From an uncultured delta proteobacterium (lineage in GTDB: Bacteria; Desulfobacterota; RBG-13-43-22), in contig CAWBOS010000013.1 of NCBI GenBank assembly GCA_963790475.1, positions 449,730 through 513,729 on the forward strand: a DNA stretch of 64,000 bases. Reading direction: 5' to 3'. Within the stretch, counting starts at the first letter, position 1; each line of letters opens with the position of its first letter. The notes beneath the pieces were generated by a model. The model ran no database searches, had not been told where the DNA came from, and saw only the letters and a list, made by a program, of their open reading frames with translations. A program made the translations under genes and the position numbers. This document shows, one piece after another, positions 10,292 through 23,521 of the stretch.

Positions 10292-10843
10292 ATGTACTTC
10301 GACATCATCATTGCCGGTTTCGGCGGACAGGGGGTCCTGTTACTGGGTAATCTTCTAACTTATGGGGCCATGGAAGAAGGCCGCCATGTCACTTACATGC
10401 CTGTTTATGGGGTGGAGATGCGCGGCGGAACCGCCAACTGTACCGTGGTCATATCCGATCAGGATATCGGTTCCCCGGTCATCCATCATCCGGTGACCGC
10501 GGTGGTCATGAATAAGCCGTCCCTATTAAGATTCGGGCCGATGGTCCAACCGGGGGGTTGGCTTTTTGTCAATTCTTCTTTGATCGATGCCCGGGAAGAA
10601 GATTATCCGGAAACCAAAATGATTATGGTTCCCACTATTGAATTAGCCGCCAAAGCCGGGGATCAACGATTGGCCAACATGACTATGCTGGGGGCCGTGA
10701 TTGAAGAAACAAAGGCCATCAGCCAGGAGGCCGTGATCAAGGCCTTTAAACGGGCTATGGATAAACGCTACCATAAAATGATTCCCATCAATACCACTGC
10801 CCTCGAAGAAGGCGCCAGGTTTATCCGGGAAGGAAGAAAATAA
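10292..10843 (+). CDS. 2-oxoacid:ferredoxin oxidoreductase gamma subunit
   Basis: GFGGQG, YGVEMRGG. Confidence 0.92.
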   Translation: MYFDIIIAGFGGQGVLLLGNLLTYGAMEEGRHVTYMPVYGVEMRGGTANCTVVISDQDIGSPVIHHPVTAVVMNKPSLLRFGPMVQPGGWLFVNSSLIDAREEDYPETKMIMVPTIELAAKAGDQRLANMTMLGAVIEETKAISQEAVIKAFKRAMDKRYHKMIPINTTALEEGARFIREGRK

Positions 10844-10968
10844 GTTTTCGGTATAAATCAAAAAAGTGTTCCCCTCCCCCCAACTTCCAGGGGTTCTTAT
10901 CCTAAATGTTGCAAAAGCCGGGAATGCCGCAGATCTGAGGCGGCAAGGGTGATTATACAAAGTTTAGG

Positions 10969-12681
10969 TTATTGTAGCTTGATCTTCAGACTCCGCAGAC
11001 GATTGACAGCCCCCGCGATTTCAAAGATCCGGGGCTTGGTAAGATTCCCTACCTTATAAGGCATCAGAACATCCAACCCTTTCTCCTCGATTTCAGCCAT
11101 CGCCTTTTCCAGACCTTCTGTGAGGCAGGAACTATTTTCTAAATACCGGGTGGCATAGAGGTGAATCAACCGGCCGATGGCCCGGGTCTGTCCGGTTTCC
11201 ACTAATTGTTCCAGGAAAGACAGGTCAATGGACTGTTCCCCGTAAAGGAGTGTCCCCAGGCCTTTGGCATCGATGCGGACCTCCCGGTTCCCCCGGCTGG
11301 GATCAAAGCTGTCCGGCTTGGGTTGACGAGCGGTAATTTCTCCAAAGCCTTCTCCTCCTTCGGCAAGCCGATGAACCGGGAATCTCTGGGCAATCTCCCG
11401 GGCTTGCCCGGTTACAATAAAGGGACGGTAGTTATTCATCCAGATCACAGTGTCGGCCTCTTCAAAATAATCCCCGGACCCTCCCATGACCAGAATGGTT
11501 GAAACTCCCGTATCCTGATAAAGTTGCCGGACCTTGTCGATGAACGGAGTAATCGGCTCATGGGCCTTTTGTACCAGCTCCTGCATACGGCGGTCCCTGA
11601 TCATGAAATTGGTGGCCGAGGTGTCTTCATCGATCAGCAAAACCCCGGCCCCCATTTCCAGGGCTTCCATGATATTGGTGGCCTGGGAGGTGCTGCCGCT
11701 GGCATTGTCGGTGCTGAAATGCAATGTATCCCGAAGCAAAGGAAGGGATTTGATGAAGGGACTGATATTGACCTTCTCTACAAAGCGACCGTCTTCAGCC
11801 CTGATTTTGACCGCTTTCGGATCGGTGGCCACATATTCCCGGCCGTCCCCGGGGATGTGGCTGTAGACCCCCAATTCCAGGGCCCGGAGAAGGGTTGATT
11901 TGCCATGAAAACCTCCACCGACGATCAGGGTCACCCCTTTGGGGAGCCCAAGACCGTTAATCGTTCCTTTGTGGGGGAGTTGAAATGACACCGATAATTC
12001 CTGGGGGGGATAAAAAGGAACGCTTCCCATGGCCAGTGGCCGGGAGCTGATGCCGCTCTCCCTGGGCAGGACCGCTCCTTCAGGGACAAAGGCCGCCAAT
12101 CCTTTGCTTTCCAGGGCCCTCCGCAGCCATTCCTGGTCTTCATGGGCATCTACAAAATGCTTAACCGTAAGACCCATATTGGGAAATTGAAAAACGCCCT
12201 GCTGGACGACCTTAGGCAGGTCTTCGAAAAAAATGGAAACGGCCTCCATCCCCTGAATGGTCCTTCCGGCAGCCGGCAGATCAACCGTCAGACGCAGCTC
12301 CAGAGTTTCTCCCTGGATCACCACCGCCGACCGTTCCAGGATTTCCGGCCCCCCGGCCTCGATGTTGATCTGGTCTCGATTTCCGGCTCCGCGGGGTTTT
12401 GAAGAAAGGTTTCGAATGGCCTGGTGGACCTTTCGGCCGAGAAAATCGCAAAAGGCGATGCGGCGGGTCTTGTTTTCCCAGAGATCGGAAAAAATTTTCC
12501 ATTTCTTTAAGGAGATAAGGGCACGGACCCGGGACGGTGGGGCATAGGGGTCGGCCTGTACCCGATCGATAGACAGTTCATACTGGGAAAAGAGATAAAG
12601 GCCTTCTATATCCTGATAGGCCTTGTAGCCTTTATCGTGAATACGGAACAAGGTCTTTTTTAAGTCATCGGCTGATTTCAT
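10969..12681 (-). CDS. ABC-ATPase domain-containing protein (stand-alone)
   Basis: GGGFHGKST Walker A, ASGSTSQA, LLIDEDTSATNF. Confidence 0.88.
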   Translation of the reverse strand: MKSADDLKKTLFRIHDKGYKAYQDIEGLYLFSQYELSIDRVQADPYAPPSRVRALISLKKWKIFSDLWENKTRRIAFCDFLGRKVHQAIRNLSSKPRGAGNRDQINIEAGGPEILERSAVVIQGETLELRLTVDLPAAGRTIQGMEAVSIFFEDLPKVVQQGVFQFPNMGLTVKHFVDAHEDQEWLRRALESKGLAAFVPEGAVLPRESGISSRPLAMGSVPFYPPQELSVSFQLPHKGTINGLGLPKGVTLIVGGGFHGKSTLLRALELGVYSHIPGDGREYVATDPKAVKIRAEDGRFVEKVNISPFIKSLPLLRDTLHFSTDNASGSTSQATNIMEALEMGAGVLLIDEDTSATNFMIRDRRMQELVQKAHEPITPFIDKVRQLYQDTGVSTILVMGGSGDYFEEADTVIWMNNYRPFIVTGQAREIAQRFPVHRLAEGGEGFGEITARQPKPDSFDPSRGNREVRIDAKGLGTLLYGEQSIDLSFLEQLVETGQTRAIGRLIHLYATRYLENSSCLTEGLEKAMAEIEEKGLDVLMPYKVGNLTKPRIFEIAGAVNRLRSLKIKLQ

Positions 12682-13078
12682 CCCATTACTCCCCCAGAGT
12701 TATTTTTAGAAAAATATCAAAATTTCCCTCTGGTGTCATTAAAGAAATGGTTCTCGGTTGAGGGAGGAAAAGAATCGAATAGATTTTAAAAAATACTTAA
12801 CCGTTTAATACTTCATGTAAAAACCACATTCGCGATTATTTGTCAATGATTTTTTCAATCGGTTAGGGGCCTTTATTAAAGTAAGGTTGATTAATTTATA
12901 TCACTAATAAATAATATAATAATTATTAATTGGACAAATGATTATCGTTTCCTTATTCTTTACCGAAGATAATTCGAAAAGGAATTAAGTTTTCTCAGAC
13001 AAAGACTTTTTATTTGATCTTGAATTAAAGAAAGGGTTCTGTTAGAAATTCACCAACCAATAAAATCTACTCAAGGTT

Positions 13079-13990
13079 ATGAACAAGCCCTTGGAAAAAA
13101 TCGCCTCCATTGATATCGGCTCCAATACCTTACGTTTATTAATCGCTGAGAGAAGGGAAACAGGATTTTGTCCATTGTTCCGGGATCGGGAGATTGTCCG
13201 GCTGGGACGGAATTTTTATCCGAACTGCCTCCTGACTTCACCGGCCATGGAAGCCGCTGTAAAGGTATTGAGACGATTTAAAATCAAGGCCGAAGAAGAA
13301 GAGGTAGCCCAAGTACAGGCCGTCGGCACCGGGGTGCTTCGAGAGTCCCGGAACGTCCTGTTTTTTTTAGAGAGAATTAAAGAGGAAACGGGCCTTTCGG
13401 TGGAAATTATCAATGGGATCGAAGAAGCCGGCCTAATGGCTAAGGGAGTTCTTTCCCTCTTTCCTGCAACTCATGGAAAAGCCATTATTTTTGATATTGG
13501 CGGCGGGAGTACTGAGTTTGTTTTTATAGACAATGGGCAGATGGAAGACAGGGTCAGTATGCCTCTTGGGGTTGTGGGACTCACCGAAAAATTTTTGCAA
13601 ACCGATCCTCCGAAATCCAATGAATTGGATTTACTTAAAGTCCATTGTCGAAATATTTTGAGGAAAAATTCGGCAAACGATGATAAGGTGACTACATTAA
13701 TCGGCACGGCAGGTACGGTCACCACTTTGGCCGCTATGATAAAAAACCTTTTTGAATATGACCCGGATCAGATCAACGGAACGGTCCTGACCGTTGAAAA
13801 TCTTCTTGAATTATCTGAAAAAATCTTGGCCGTGACTTTTGACCGCCGGTCAACATTAACCGGATTGGAACCGGGAAGGGCCGATATCATCAGCGCCGGA
13901 ATTCTTCTGGTTTTAGAGATCATGGATCATTTTTCCCAAAAGGCGCTGCTGGTCAGCGATGCCGGGCTTTTGGAAGGGTTGATCCTATGA
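13079..13990 (+). CDS. ppx: Ppx/GppA phosphatase family protein
   Basis: IDIGSNT, DIGGGSTE, GTAGT, GRADII. Confidence 0.9.
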   Translation: MNKPLEKIASIDIGSNTLRLLIAERRETGFCPLFRDREIVRLGRNFYPNCLLTSPAMEAAVKVLRRFKIKAEEEEVAQVQAVGTGVLRESRNVLFFLERIKEETGLSVEIINGIEEAGLMAKGVLSLFPATHGKAIIFDIGGGSTEFVFIDNGQMEDRVSMPLGVVGLTEKFLQTDPPKSNELDLLKVHCRNILRKNSANDDKVTTLIGTAGTVTTLAAMIKNLFEYDPDQINGTVLTVENLLELSEKILAVTFDRRSTLTGLEPGRADIISAGILLVLEIMDHFSQKALLVSDAGLLEGLIL

Positions 13991-13993
13991 AAA

Positions 13994-15616
<1,623 letters not shown>

Positions 15617-15685
15617 AAAAGACGTTCGTTGTAAATCGTTTGTCGTTCAGCGATATTAACTATTAAATGATTAGTTCGGAGTAAT

Positions 15686-16220
15686 TAGTTCGGAGTTCGG
15701 AGTTCGGAGTAAAAAAATTAAAAATATTTGGAGTTGGGAGTTTATAGAGGGGATCGGAAAGTGGATGGGGAAAAGTTTGATTTTGAGGGTCTGATTGTTT
15801 ATCAAAAAGGGTTGGAATATGTTGATTTTGTCTATGCGATTACTAAAATTTTCCCTAAATCCGAAATCTTTTCTTTGACGGATCAATTTCGAAGAGCCTC
15901 TTCCTCTATATGTTTCAATATTGCCGAAGGAAGTGGCGGGAGCAAAGCAGAATTCAAACAATTTCTTAAAATTGCCAGAAGGTCGGCAAGAGAATGCGTG
16001 GCTATAACGGAAGTTTCCTTTCGACAAAAATATATTACCCAGGAACAAAAAAATAGGTCCAGAAAATATTGTCTGGAACTTTCAAAAATGTTAAATGGGT
16101 TGATAAAATCCATCAAGTAATTTCTTTGAATTCAACAGGTATTTCAGAAAAAAGGACTTAATCCGAACTCCGATCTGAAAATCGGTCAAGGTTTTACTCC
16201 GAACTCTGAACTCCGAACTA
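15686..16220. mobile_element. putative element: 25-bp heptamer-built inverted termini enclosing a four-helix-bundle gene
   Basis: TAGTTCGGAGTTCGGAGTTCGGAGT (15686-15710) and ACTCCGAACTCTGAACTCCGAACTA (16196-16220); same termini at 22545-22619; lies between guaB and guaA. Confidence 0.6.
15761..16120 (+). CDS. four helix bundle protein (23S rRNA IVS protein family)
   Basis: FEGLIVYQK, FPKSE.FSLTDQFRRA, NIAEG, FLKIARRSAREC. Confidence 0.92.
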   Translation: MDGEKFDFEGLIVYQKGLEYVDFVYAITKIFPKSEIFSLTDQFRRASSSICFNIAEGSGGSKAEFKQFLKIARRSARECVAITEVSFRQKYITQEQKNRSRKYCLELSKMLNGLIKSIK

Positions 16221-16285
16221 TATTCGGTAACGGTGATAAATCTCTAAATCTAAAATTTAAATTGTACGCAACAGAGGAACCCCGA

Positions 16286-17845
16286 GTGGACATCCACAGT
16301 CAAAAAGTTTTGATCCTGGATTTCGGTTCCCAGACCACCCAGCTTATTGCCCGGCGGGTCCGGGAGGCCAGGGTGTATTGCGAGATCCATCCCTTTAACT
16401 GGTCTCTGGAAAAAATCAAGGCCTTTGATCCCCAGGGGATTATCCTTTCGGGAAGTCCCGCCAGTGTCTACGATTCCAAGGCCCCGCTTCCGGATCCCAA
16501 GATTTTGAATTTAGGGGTGCCGGTATTGGGGATTTGTTATGGGATGCAATGGATAACCCATCAATTAAAAGGTCAGGTGGGCCGCTCCGGCAAAAGGGAA
16601 TACGGCCGGGTGGAACTCGAGTTTCTGGATTTTCAGGATCTTTTTTCCGGGCTCGACAAAGGGGATAAAAACCGGGGCCGGATCGTCTGGATGAGTCATG
16701 GGGACCGGATCGAACGCCTCCCCAAGGGATTTACGGCCATCGCTCAAAGCTCCAATGCCCCGGTAGCCGCCATGCGTAATTCCGAGAGGACGGTTTTCGG
16801 AGTTCAATTTCACCCGGAAGTAGTCCATACCCCGGCCGGACATCGTATCCTGAAAAATTTCCTGTTCAAGGTCTGTAAACTGAAACCGCTATGGACCCCC
16901 AGTTCCTTTATCAAGCAGACCATTGCCTCGGTTCAACAACAGGTAGGAAAGGAGAAAGTTATCTGTGGTCTTTCCGGCGGGGTGGATTCCTCGGTAGTAG
17001 CCGTACTGCTCCATCAGGCTATTGGGAAGCAGTTGACCTGCATTTTTGTCAACAACGGGGTGTTGCGAAGTGGAGAGGCCGAAAAAGTGATCCGGCTCTT
17101 CCGGGGTCATTACCGTATCCCCTTGATTTATGTGGATGCCTCTCAATCTTTCCTCAAGAAACTGAAGGGGGTGGTTGACCCGGAAAAAAAACGGACTATT
17201 ATCGGTCATGAATTTATCCGTATTTTTGATGCCGAAGCTAAAAGGATCGGACCAGTCCGTTTCCTGGCCCAGGGGACCCTCTACCCCGACGTGATTGAAT
17301 CGGTATCCTTTAAAGGCCCTTCGGCCACCATCAAGACCCACCATAATGTGGGCGGCCTTCCGGCCCGAATGAAATTAAAACTGATAGAACCTCTGCGGGA
17401 ATTATTTAAGGATGAAGGCCGGGAAGTGGGACGAAATCTTGGGTTGCCCGAGGAGATCGTCAGCCGCCAGCCTTTTCCGGGTCCCGGGTTGGCCATTCGC
17501 ATCCTGGGCGAGGTGACCGAAGTCCGGTTAAACATCCTCCGTCAGGCCGATACCATTGTCTGGGAGGAAATGCGGAAGGCCGATTTATATACCAGGGTCT
17601 GGCAGTCCTTTGCCGTTTTGCTGCCTATAAAAACCGTGGGGGTCATGGGAGACGAGCGGACTTACGAAAATGTCATAGCCCTCCGCATCGTGGACAGCCT
17701 GGATGCCATGACAGCGGACTGGAGCCGTATTCCTTATGACCTTCTGGGCCACATGTCCAACCGGATCATCAATGAAGTCAAAGGGGTCAATCGGGTCGTC
17801 TTTGATATTTCTTCCAAACCACCCAGCACCATTGAGTGGGAATGA
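16286..17845 (+). CDS. guaA: GMP synthase (glutamine-hydrolysing)
   Basis: [33 protein letters not shown]. Confidence 0.98.
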   Translation: MDIHSQKVLILDFGSQTTQLIARRVREARVYCEIHPFNWSLEKIKAFDPQGIILSGSPASVYDSKAPLPDPKILNLGVPVLGICYGMQWITHQLKGQVGRSGKREYGRVELEFLDFQDLFSGLDKGDKNRGRIVWMSHGDRIERLPKGFTAIAQSSNAPVAAMRNSERTVFGVQFHPEVVHTPAGHRILKNFLFKVCKLKPLWTPSSFIKQTIASVQQQVGKEKVICGLSGGVDSSVVAVLLHQAIGKQLTCIFVNNGVLRSGEAEKVIRLFRGHYRIPLIYVDASQSFLKKLKGVVDPEKKRTIIGHEFIRIFDAEAKRIGPVRFLAQGTLYPDVIESVSFKGPSATIKTHHNVGGLPARMKLKLIEPLRELFKDEGREVGRNLGLPEEIVSRQPFPGPGLAIRILGEVTEVRLNILRQADTIVWEEMRKADLYTRVWQSFAVLLPIKTVGVMGDERTYENVIALRIVDSLDAMTADWSRIPYDLLGHMSNRIINEVKGVNRVVFDISSKPPSTIEWE

Positions 17846-17855
17846 AAAAAGAACA

Positions 17856-17990
17856 AGTTCTGAGTTCGGAGTTATTAGTTCGTAGTGAAAATCAGATAAT
17901 CTAAAGATATCTCTCTCCGAACTCCGAACTCCGAACTAATTTCGTTGAACGGTTAACACTTTTTTGAACTTTGAACCTTGAACTTTGAAC
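17856..17990. repeat. inverted GGAGTTC/GAACTCC arrays (17856-17938) plus (TTGAACY)n array (17964-17990)
   Basis: agttctgagttcggagt ... ctccgaactccgaactccgaacta; ttgaactttgaaccttgaactttgaac. Confidence 0.75.
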
Positions 17991-17997
17991 GGTTTTT

Positions 17998-20900
17998 ATG
18001 CCCCACGCACCTTTTGTACATCTTCATCTCCACACCCAGTATAGCCTGCTGGATGGAGAGATTCGCCTTAAAGGGTTGTTTGAAAAGGCCCAGGCCTTCA
18101 AACTGCCGGCTATTGCCATGACCGATCACGGCAACCTCTTCGGTATGGTGGATTTTTATAAACAGGCTCAAAAACATGGGTTGAAACCCATTATCGGCTG
18201 CGAAGTCTATGTAGCTCCGGGAAGCCGGCTGCAAAAAGAGACCCATCCCCATCAGGAAAATGCCTTCCACTTGGTCCTGCTTTGCAAGAACGAAAAAGGC
18301 TATCGCAATCTGGTCAAATTAGTCACCCAAGCCTATTTTGAAGGTTTTTACTACAAGCCCCGGATCGACCGGGAGCTGTTGAGGGAACATCACAAAGGCC
18401 TGATCGCCATGACCGCTTGCCTGCATGGAGAGATCCCCCATTATCTTCTCCAAGGTGATTTTGACCGGGCCTTGAAAACCACGCGGGAGCTGGCCGAGAT
18501 ATTCGACCAGGATCGGCTTTACCTGGAACTCCAAAAGAACGATATCCCCGAGCAGGAAATCGTCAACAAAGGCCTGCTGGAAATCCATCGTCAATTGGGC
18601 CTCCCCATTGTAGCCACGAATGATTGCCATTACCTGACTCAGGAAGAGTCCAAGGCCCACGATGTCTTACTTTGTATCCAGACCGGAAAGACGGTGGACG
18701 ACCCCAACCGGCTGCGCTTTTCCACCAATCAACTCTATTTCAAGTCCCCGGAAGAGATGTCCCTGCTCTTTGCCGACCTGCCCGAGGCCCTGGAAAATAC
18801 GGTGCGCATCGCCGATCGATGCAATCTGGAATTGACTTTCGGCCAATCCTTTCTCCCCCGTTACGCCCTGCCTCCGGAAGAAACCATGGATGGGCGTCTC
18901 AAAAATGAGGCCCGGGCCGGTTTGCGAAGAGCGGCTGGCCGTCAAAGAACAGCTGAATCCGGCCTTCCCTCCTTCCCGGCACAAAGAATATCAGGACCGT
19001 CTGGAAAGGGAACTGACGGTAATCACTTCAACCGGATTTTCCGGGTATTTCCTGGTGGTTTCCGATTATGTGCGTTTTGCCAAAGAGAAGGGGATCCCGG
19101 TCGGGCCGGGCCGGGGTTCCGGAGCCGGGAGTCTGGTAGCCTACGCCTTAAAGATTACCGATATCGACCCCCTGGATTACGGGTTGATCTTTGAGCGGTT
19201 CCTGAATGTGGAACGAAAAGAACTGCCGGATATCGATGTTGATTTCTGTGTGGAACGCCGGGATGAGGTCTTAAAATATATCGCCGAGAAATACGGCCAG
19301 GAGTATGTGGCCCAGATCATCACCTTTGGTAAGATGCAGGCCCGGGCCGTCATTCGCGACGTGGGCCGGGCTTTGAACATCCCCTACGGAGAAGTGGATA
19401 AGATCGCCAAACTGATCCCTACAGTATTGAACATTACCTTGAGCGAGGCCCTGGAAATGGAACCCCGGCTCAAGGAACTGAAAGAGTCGGACCCGACCAT
19501 AAAAGAATTGCTGACCATCGCCGAAGCCCTGGAAGGCCTCCCCCGTCATGCCTCCACCCACGCCGCAGGCATAATTATTTCCCCACATCCCATAACCGAT
19601 ACCGTCCCCTTATATAAAGGTCCCAAGGGAGAAACCCTGACCCAGTACGAAATGAAATCGGTCCAGGAAATGGGGTTGATCAAGTTTGATCTCCTGGGCC
19701 TGAACAACCTGACCATTATTCAGTATGCCTTAAGAACTATTGAACGGACTCACAGTCAATTAATTGATTTGACCCGGATCCCTCTCGATGATCCGGCTAC
19801 TTATGAACTGCTGGGCCGGGGAGATACCAACGGTGTGTTTCAATTGGAAAGTTCGGGGATGAAAGAATTGTTGATCAGGATGAAGCCCCAAAATTTTGAG
19901 GACCTCATTGCCATCAATGCCCTTTACCGGCCCGGGCCTTTGAAAAGTGGTATGGTCGATGATTTTGTCCGGAGAAAACACGGGGAAGTGCCGGTCGAGT
20001 ATCCCCATCCGCTCCTGGAAGGGGTCTTGAAAGAAACCATGGGGATCATTGTTTACCAGGAACAGGTCATGCAGATCGGTGCATTATTGGCCGATTATTC
20101 CATGGGAGAGGCCGACACCTTACGAAAGGCCATGGGCAAAAAGATTCCCGAGGTCATGGCCCAGCAACGGACCCGCTTTCTGGAAGGGACCAAGAAAAAA
20201 AGGATCGACCAGAAGAAGGCCGACGACATTTTTGACAAAATGGAAACCTTCGGCGGCTACGGGTTTAACAAGTCTCACAGTGCCGCCTATGCCTTGATCA
20301 CCTACCAGACCGCTTATCTGAAGGCCCATTATCCCCTCGATTTCATGGTAGCCCTGATGACCAGTAAAATGGGCAATTCCGCGGAAGTGACCAAGTGCAT
20401 TGCTGAATGCCGGGAAAAAGGGATTGTGGTCCTGCCCCCGGATGTGAACCTGAGTCACCTGGATTTTACGGTCGTGGAAGACAAAATCCGTTTCGGGCTG
20501 GCGGCGGTAAAAAATGTCGGGGCCGGGGCCATAGAGTCCATCCTGGAGGCCAGGAATAATAGGGGAGAATTTAAATCTCTGATCGATTTTTGTCGTCGGG
20601 TGGATCTGCGCCGGGTGAACCGCAGGGTGGCGGAGAGTCTGATCAAGTGCGGGGCTTTCGATTCCCTGGGGGTGGCCCGTTCCCGGCTGATGGCCTTTTT
20701 GCCCGAAGCCCTGGACATAGGCCAACAACGTCAAAAAGAAGAGTCTGAAAACCAGTTCAGTCTTTTTTCCATGGGAGGAGATTCGGGGTTAACCCGGCCC
20801 GATATTGATCCTCCTATGGTCGAGGAATGGCGGGAGAGCCAAAAACTTTCTTTTGAAAAAGAAATATTGGGTTTTTATATTACCGGTCATCCCTTGACCC

Positions 20901-21520
20901 GCTACGCGGAAAGCCTGCAAGACCTGAAAACCATGGACATCCAATCCTTGTCCGAACTGGAAGATAAAGAAAATGTGCGATTGGCCGGGATGGTGGCCGC
21001 CCTGAAAGAGATTAACAGTAAAAAAGGGGAGCGGATGGCATTTGCCACGATTGAGGACCTGACCGGCTCTTGTGAAGTTATCATTTTCTCCGATATTTTT
21101 CGAAAATGTTCCCAGGTGTTAAAAGAAGAAGGGCCGCTATGGGTCACCGGTATCACGACCAAAGATGAAAAAGGGATTAAAGTCATTGCCAACGATATAC
21201 TCCCTTTGACTGAGGTCGAAGAAAAAATGGCCCTGCAGGCCGTTCTCAAATTGCAGGTCAACGGCTTGACCCGGACTCAACTTTCAGAATTGAAGGATTT
21301 TTTAAAAAATCATACCGGCTCCTGCCCGGTCCGGATTTGCGCCTGCCTTCCGGATAAAAGCCAGGTCGTCTTGAGTCTTCCGGAAACTTTGACTATCCGG
21401 CCTTCGGTTCGGATGCGACGCGAAATGAAGGGGCTTTCCTGCAAACCCTTTCTGGAAGTGGTTTACCCCGATTTTGCAAAAGCCGAGGGCAATGGGGATC
21501 AGAGGCGGCGGGGACAATAA
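17998..21520 (+). CDS. dnaE: DNA polymerase III alpha subunit, one frameshift near 18925 (probable sequence error)
   Basis: HLHLHTQYSLLDG PHP domain in first ORF; GPGRGSGAGS, PDIDVD, YGFNKSH in second. Confidence 0.95.
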
Positions 21521-21694
21521 AAACAAGGTGCAAGGTTTTAGGTAGTAATAGTTCGGAGTTTGGTGTTCGGAGTCCGGAAAAACCTTTGAGTTTTGGTTGA
21601 AAAGAATGGCGGAAAAAGTGGAGGGTCTTATAGGTCTTGATACCTCCCGGTTATAATGGTCACCCATGGACAACGGGTTTTCTAATCTTTTACC

Positions 21695-21799
21695 TTGAAC
21701 CCTGAACCTCGAACCTTGAACCCTGAACCTCGAACCTTGAACCCTGAACCTCGAACCTTGAACCTTAGACCATGAACCTTAAACCTTATACCTCAAACC
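21695..21799 (+). repeat. 15 tandem heptamers (consensus TTGAACC), first 63 bp a perfect 3x21-mer
   Basis: (TTGAACC CTGAACC TCGAACC)x3 then degenerate units; opposite-orientation arrays at about 21525-21577. Confidence 0.9.
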
Positions 21800-21809
21800 T
21801 GAATTTATT

Positions 21810-22538
21810 ATGCCAGAATATCAGGAGCGATTCTACCGCAGCAAAATCAATTCTCCGGACTGGGTCTCTTTTACCATCCAGGTCAAGGAAAGCGACCTCT
21901 GGGTGCGGGCCAGGAAAGATCTTTCGGCTGAAGGCTATGAACGGGTTTTTCAGTACCGTCATTCCCTGGAAATCTATATTCAACAACACCCCGAATTCAA
22001 AGAATCCTTACAGCCCCTTGAATTAGATTCTCTGGCCCCGCCCATTGTGCAAGCCATGCTGCAGGCCGCTAAGACCGCCGGGGTCGGTCCCATGGCCGCG
22101 GTGGCCGGGGCTATCGCCATGTTTGTCGGGCAGGATCTGCTGGCCTTTTCCCCGGATGTTATTATTGAAAACGGTGGGGATTTATTTATCGCCTGCCACG
22201 AGCCCCTGACCGTTGGAATCTACGCCGGAGAGTCATCTTTGAGCGGAAGGTTGGGAATTCAGTTGGCCCCTTCCGGCAGGCCGGTAGGGTTGTGCACTTC
22301 TTCCGGGACCGTGGGCCATTCCTTGAGCTTTGGCCGGGCCGATGCCGTGACTATTTTTTCTCCGTCGGCCACCCTTTCCGACGCCGTGGCCACCGCTGTG
22401 GGCAACCGGGTACAAACTAAAAACGATATCCAACCGGCCCTGGAATGGGCCCAACAGATTCCGGAGGTCGAGGGGGTTTTGATTATTGTTGGAGATCAGG
22501 TCGGGGTTTGGGGGGAGTTGGAGTTGGTGACCTTGTAG
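21810..22538 (+). CDS. UPF0280 / ApbE-like family protein
   Basis: VGPMAAVAGAIA, ENGGD, CTSSGTVGHSLSFG.ADA. Confidence 0.9.
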   Translation: MPEYQERFYRSKINSPDWVSFTIQVKESDLWVRARKDLSAEGYERVFQYRHSLEIYIQQHPEFKESLQPLELDSLAPPIVQAMLQAAKTAGVGPMAAVAGAIAMFVGQDLLAFSPDVIIENGGDLFIACHEPLTVGIYAGESSLSGRLGIQLAPSGRPVGLCTSSGTVGHSLSFGRADAVTIFSPSATLSDAVATAVGNRVQTKNDIQPALEWAQQIPEVEGVLIIVGDQVGVWGELELVTL

Positions 22539-22544
22539 AGCGAT

Positions 22545-22619
22545 TAGTTCGGAGTTCGGAGTTCGGAGTAGAAACTCAACGTGCAGGATCGCTAACTCCG
22601 AACTCTGAACTCCGAACTA
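22545..22619. repeat. empty copy of the 25-bp inverted-termini element
   Basis: Both 25-mers identical to those flanking the four-helix-bundle gene, 25-bp spacer. Confidence 0.9.
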
Positions 22620-22648
22620 TATTTTTATTATAGAAGAGGTACTTCATT

Positions 22649-23521
22649 ATGAAGCTCAGTAGATTTTTCTTTTTGTCAGTGATTATTATTCTCGCTGGTG
22701 TTTGGGGCTGTGGGACGGCTCCGGTGGCCAAAGAACGCAAGGGCCCACCAAAGATTGCCCTGGTCCTGGGGGGTGGGGCAGCCCGGGGATTTGCCCACGT
22801 GGGAGTCATACGGGCTCTGGAGCAGGAAAAGATTCCCATCAGTATGATCGTCGGGACCAGTGTGGGCAGCCTGATTGGAGCCCTTTATGCCTCCGATCCT
22901 AACAGCTTCAATCTGGAATGGTTGTCCTTCACCATAGAAAAAGAGGATATCTTCGATTATTCCGTGATTTATTCCAAGATGGGACCGGTGCAGGGCGAAA
23001 GGCTGGAGAAATTTGTTCAAACCAAGGTCAAAGCGAAAACCATGGAACAGATGAAGATTCCTTTTTATGCCGTAGCCACGGATCTCAACGAAGGAAACAC
23101 CTGGGTCTTTGAAAAGGGTTCGGTGGCCAAAGCCGTACGGGCCAGCTCTTCCATTCCGGGGATTTTCCAACCGCTCGAATTGGGAGGTAAAATGTATGTG
23201 GATGGCGGAGTGACCGACAATTTGCCGGTGGATGTGGCCCGGGCCAAAGGGGCCGATATTATCATCGCCGTCAATATCTCCAAAAATATCCGGAACCCTC
23301 AAATCAACACTTTGATCGATGTCATTATGCAGTCCATCAATATCATGGGCCGGGAACTGTGTACCTACAAGTCAAGGGGGTATGATGTGCTCATTGAACC
23401 CAATGTGGGGGACGTGGGCATGACCGATTTTACCCAAAAGAAGCGTTTAATGGATGCCGGTATCCAGGCCGCCAAACAGGCCATGCCCCGGATTAAGAAA
23501 TTAATTGAAGAAAAATCTTGA
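22649..23521 (+). CDS. patatin-like phospholipase, probable lipoprotein
   Basis: GGGAARG, GTSVG, DGG motifs; signal peptide ending VWGC. Confidence 0.9.
   Translation: MKLSRFFFLSVIIILAGVWGCGTAPVAKERKGPPKIALVLGGGAARGFAHVGVIRALEQEKIPISMIVGTSVGSLIGALYASDPNSFNLEWLSFTIEKEDIFDYSVIYSKMGPVQGERLEKFVQTKVKAKTMEQMKIPFYAVATDLNEGNTWVFEKGSVAKAVRASSSIPGIFQPLELGGKMYVDGGVTDNLPVDVARAKGADIIIAVNISKNIRNPQINTLIDVIMQSINIMGRELCTYKSRGYDVLIEPNVGDVGMTDFTQKKRLMDAGIQAAKQAMPRIKKLIEEKS

Noticed and set aside
12690-13075. AT-rich stretch as replication origin or sRNA
   Set aside because: No DnaA-box cluster or stable structure seen; fits a divergent promoter region.
15761-16120. Diversity-generating retroelement or rRNA intervening sequence
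   Set aside because: No reverse transcriptase, TR/VR pair or rRNA gene in the window.
18890-19194. Split dnaE as programmed frameshift or split intein
   Set aside because: A single extra base near 18925 explains it; no intein motifs or slippery site, and similar indels occur across the window.
21695-21799. CRISPR array
   Set aside because: Contiguous 7-bp units with no unique spacers and no cas genes.
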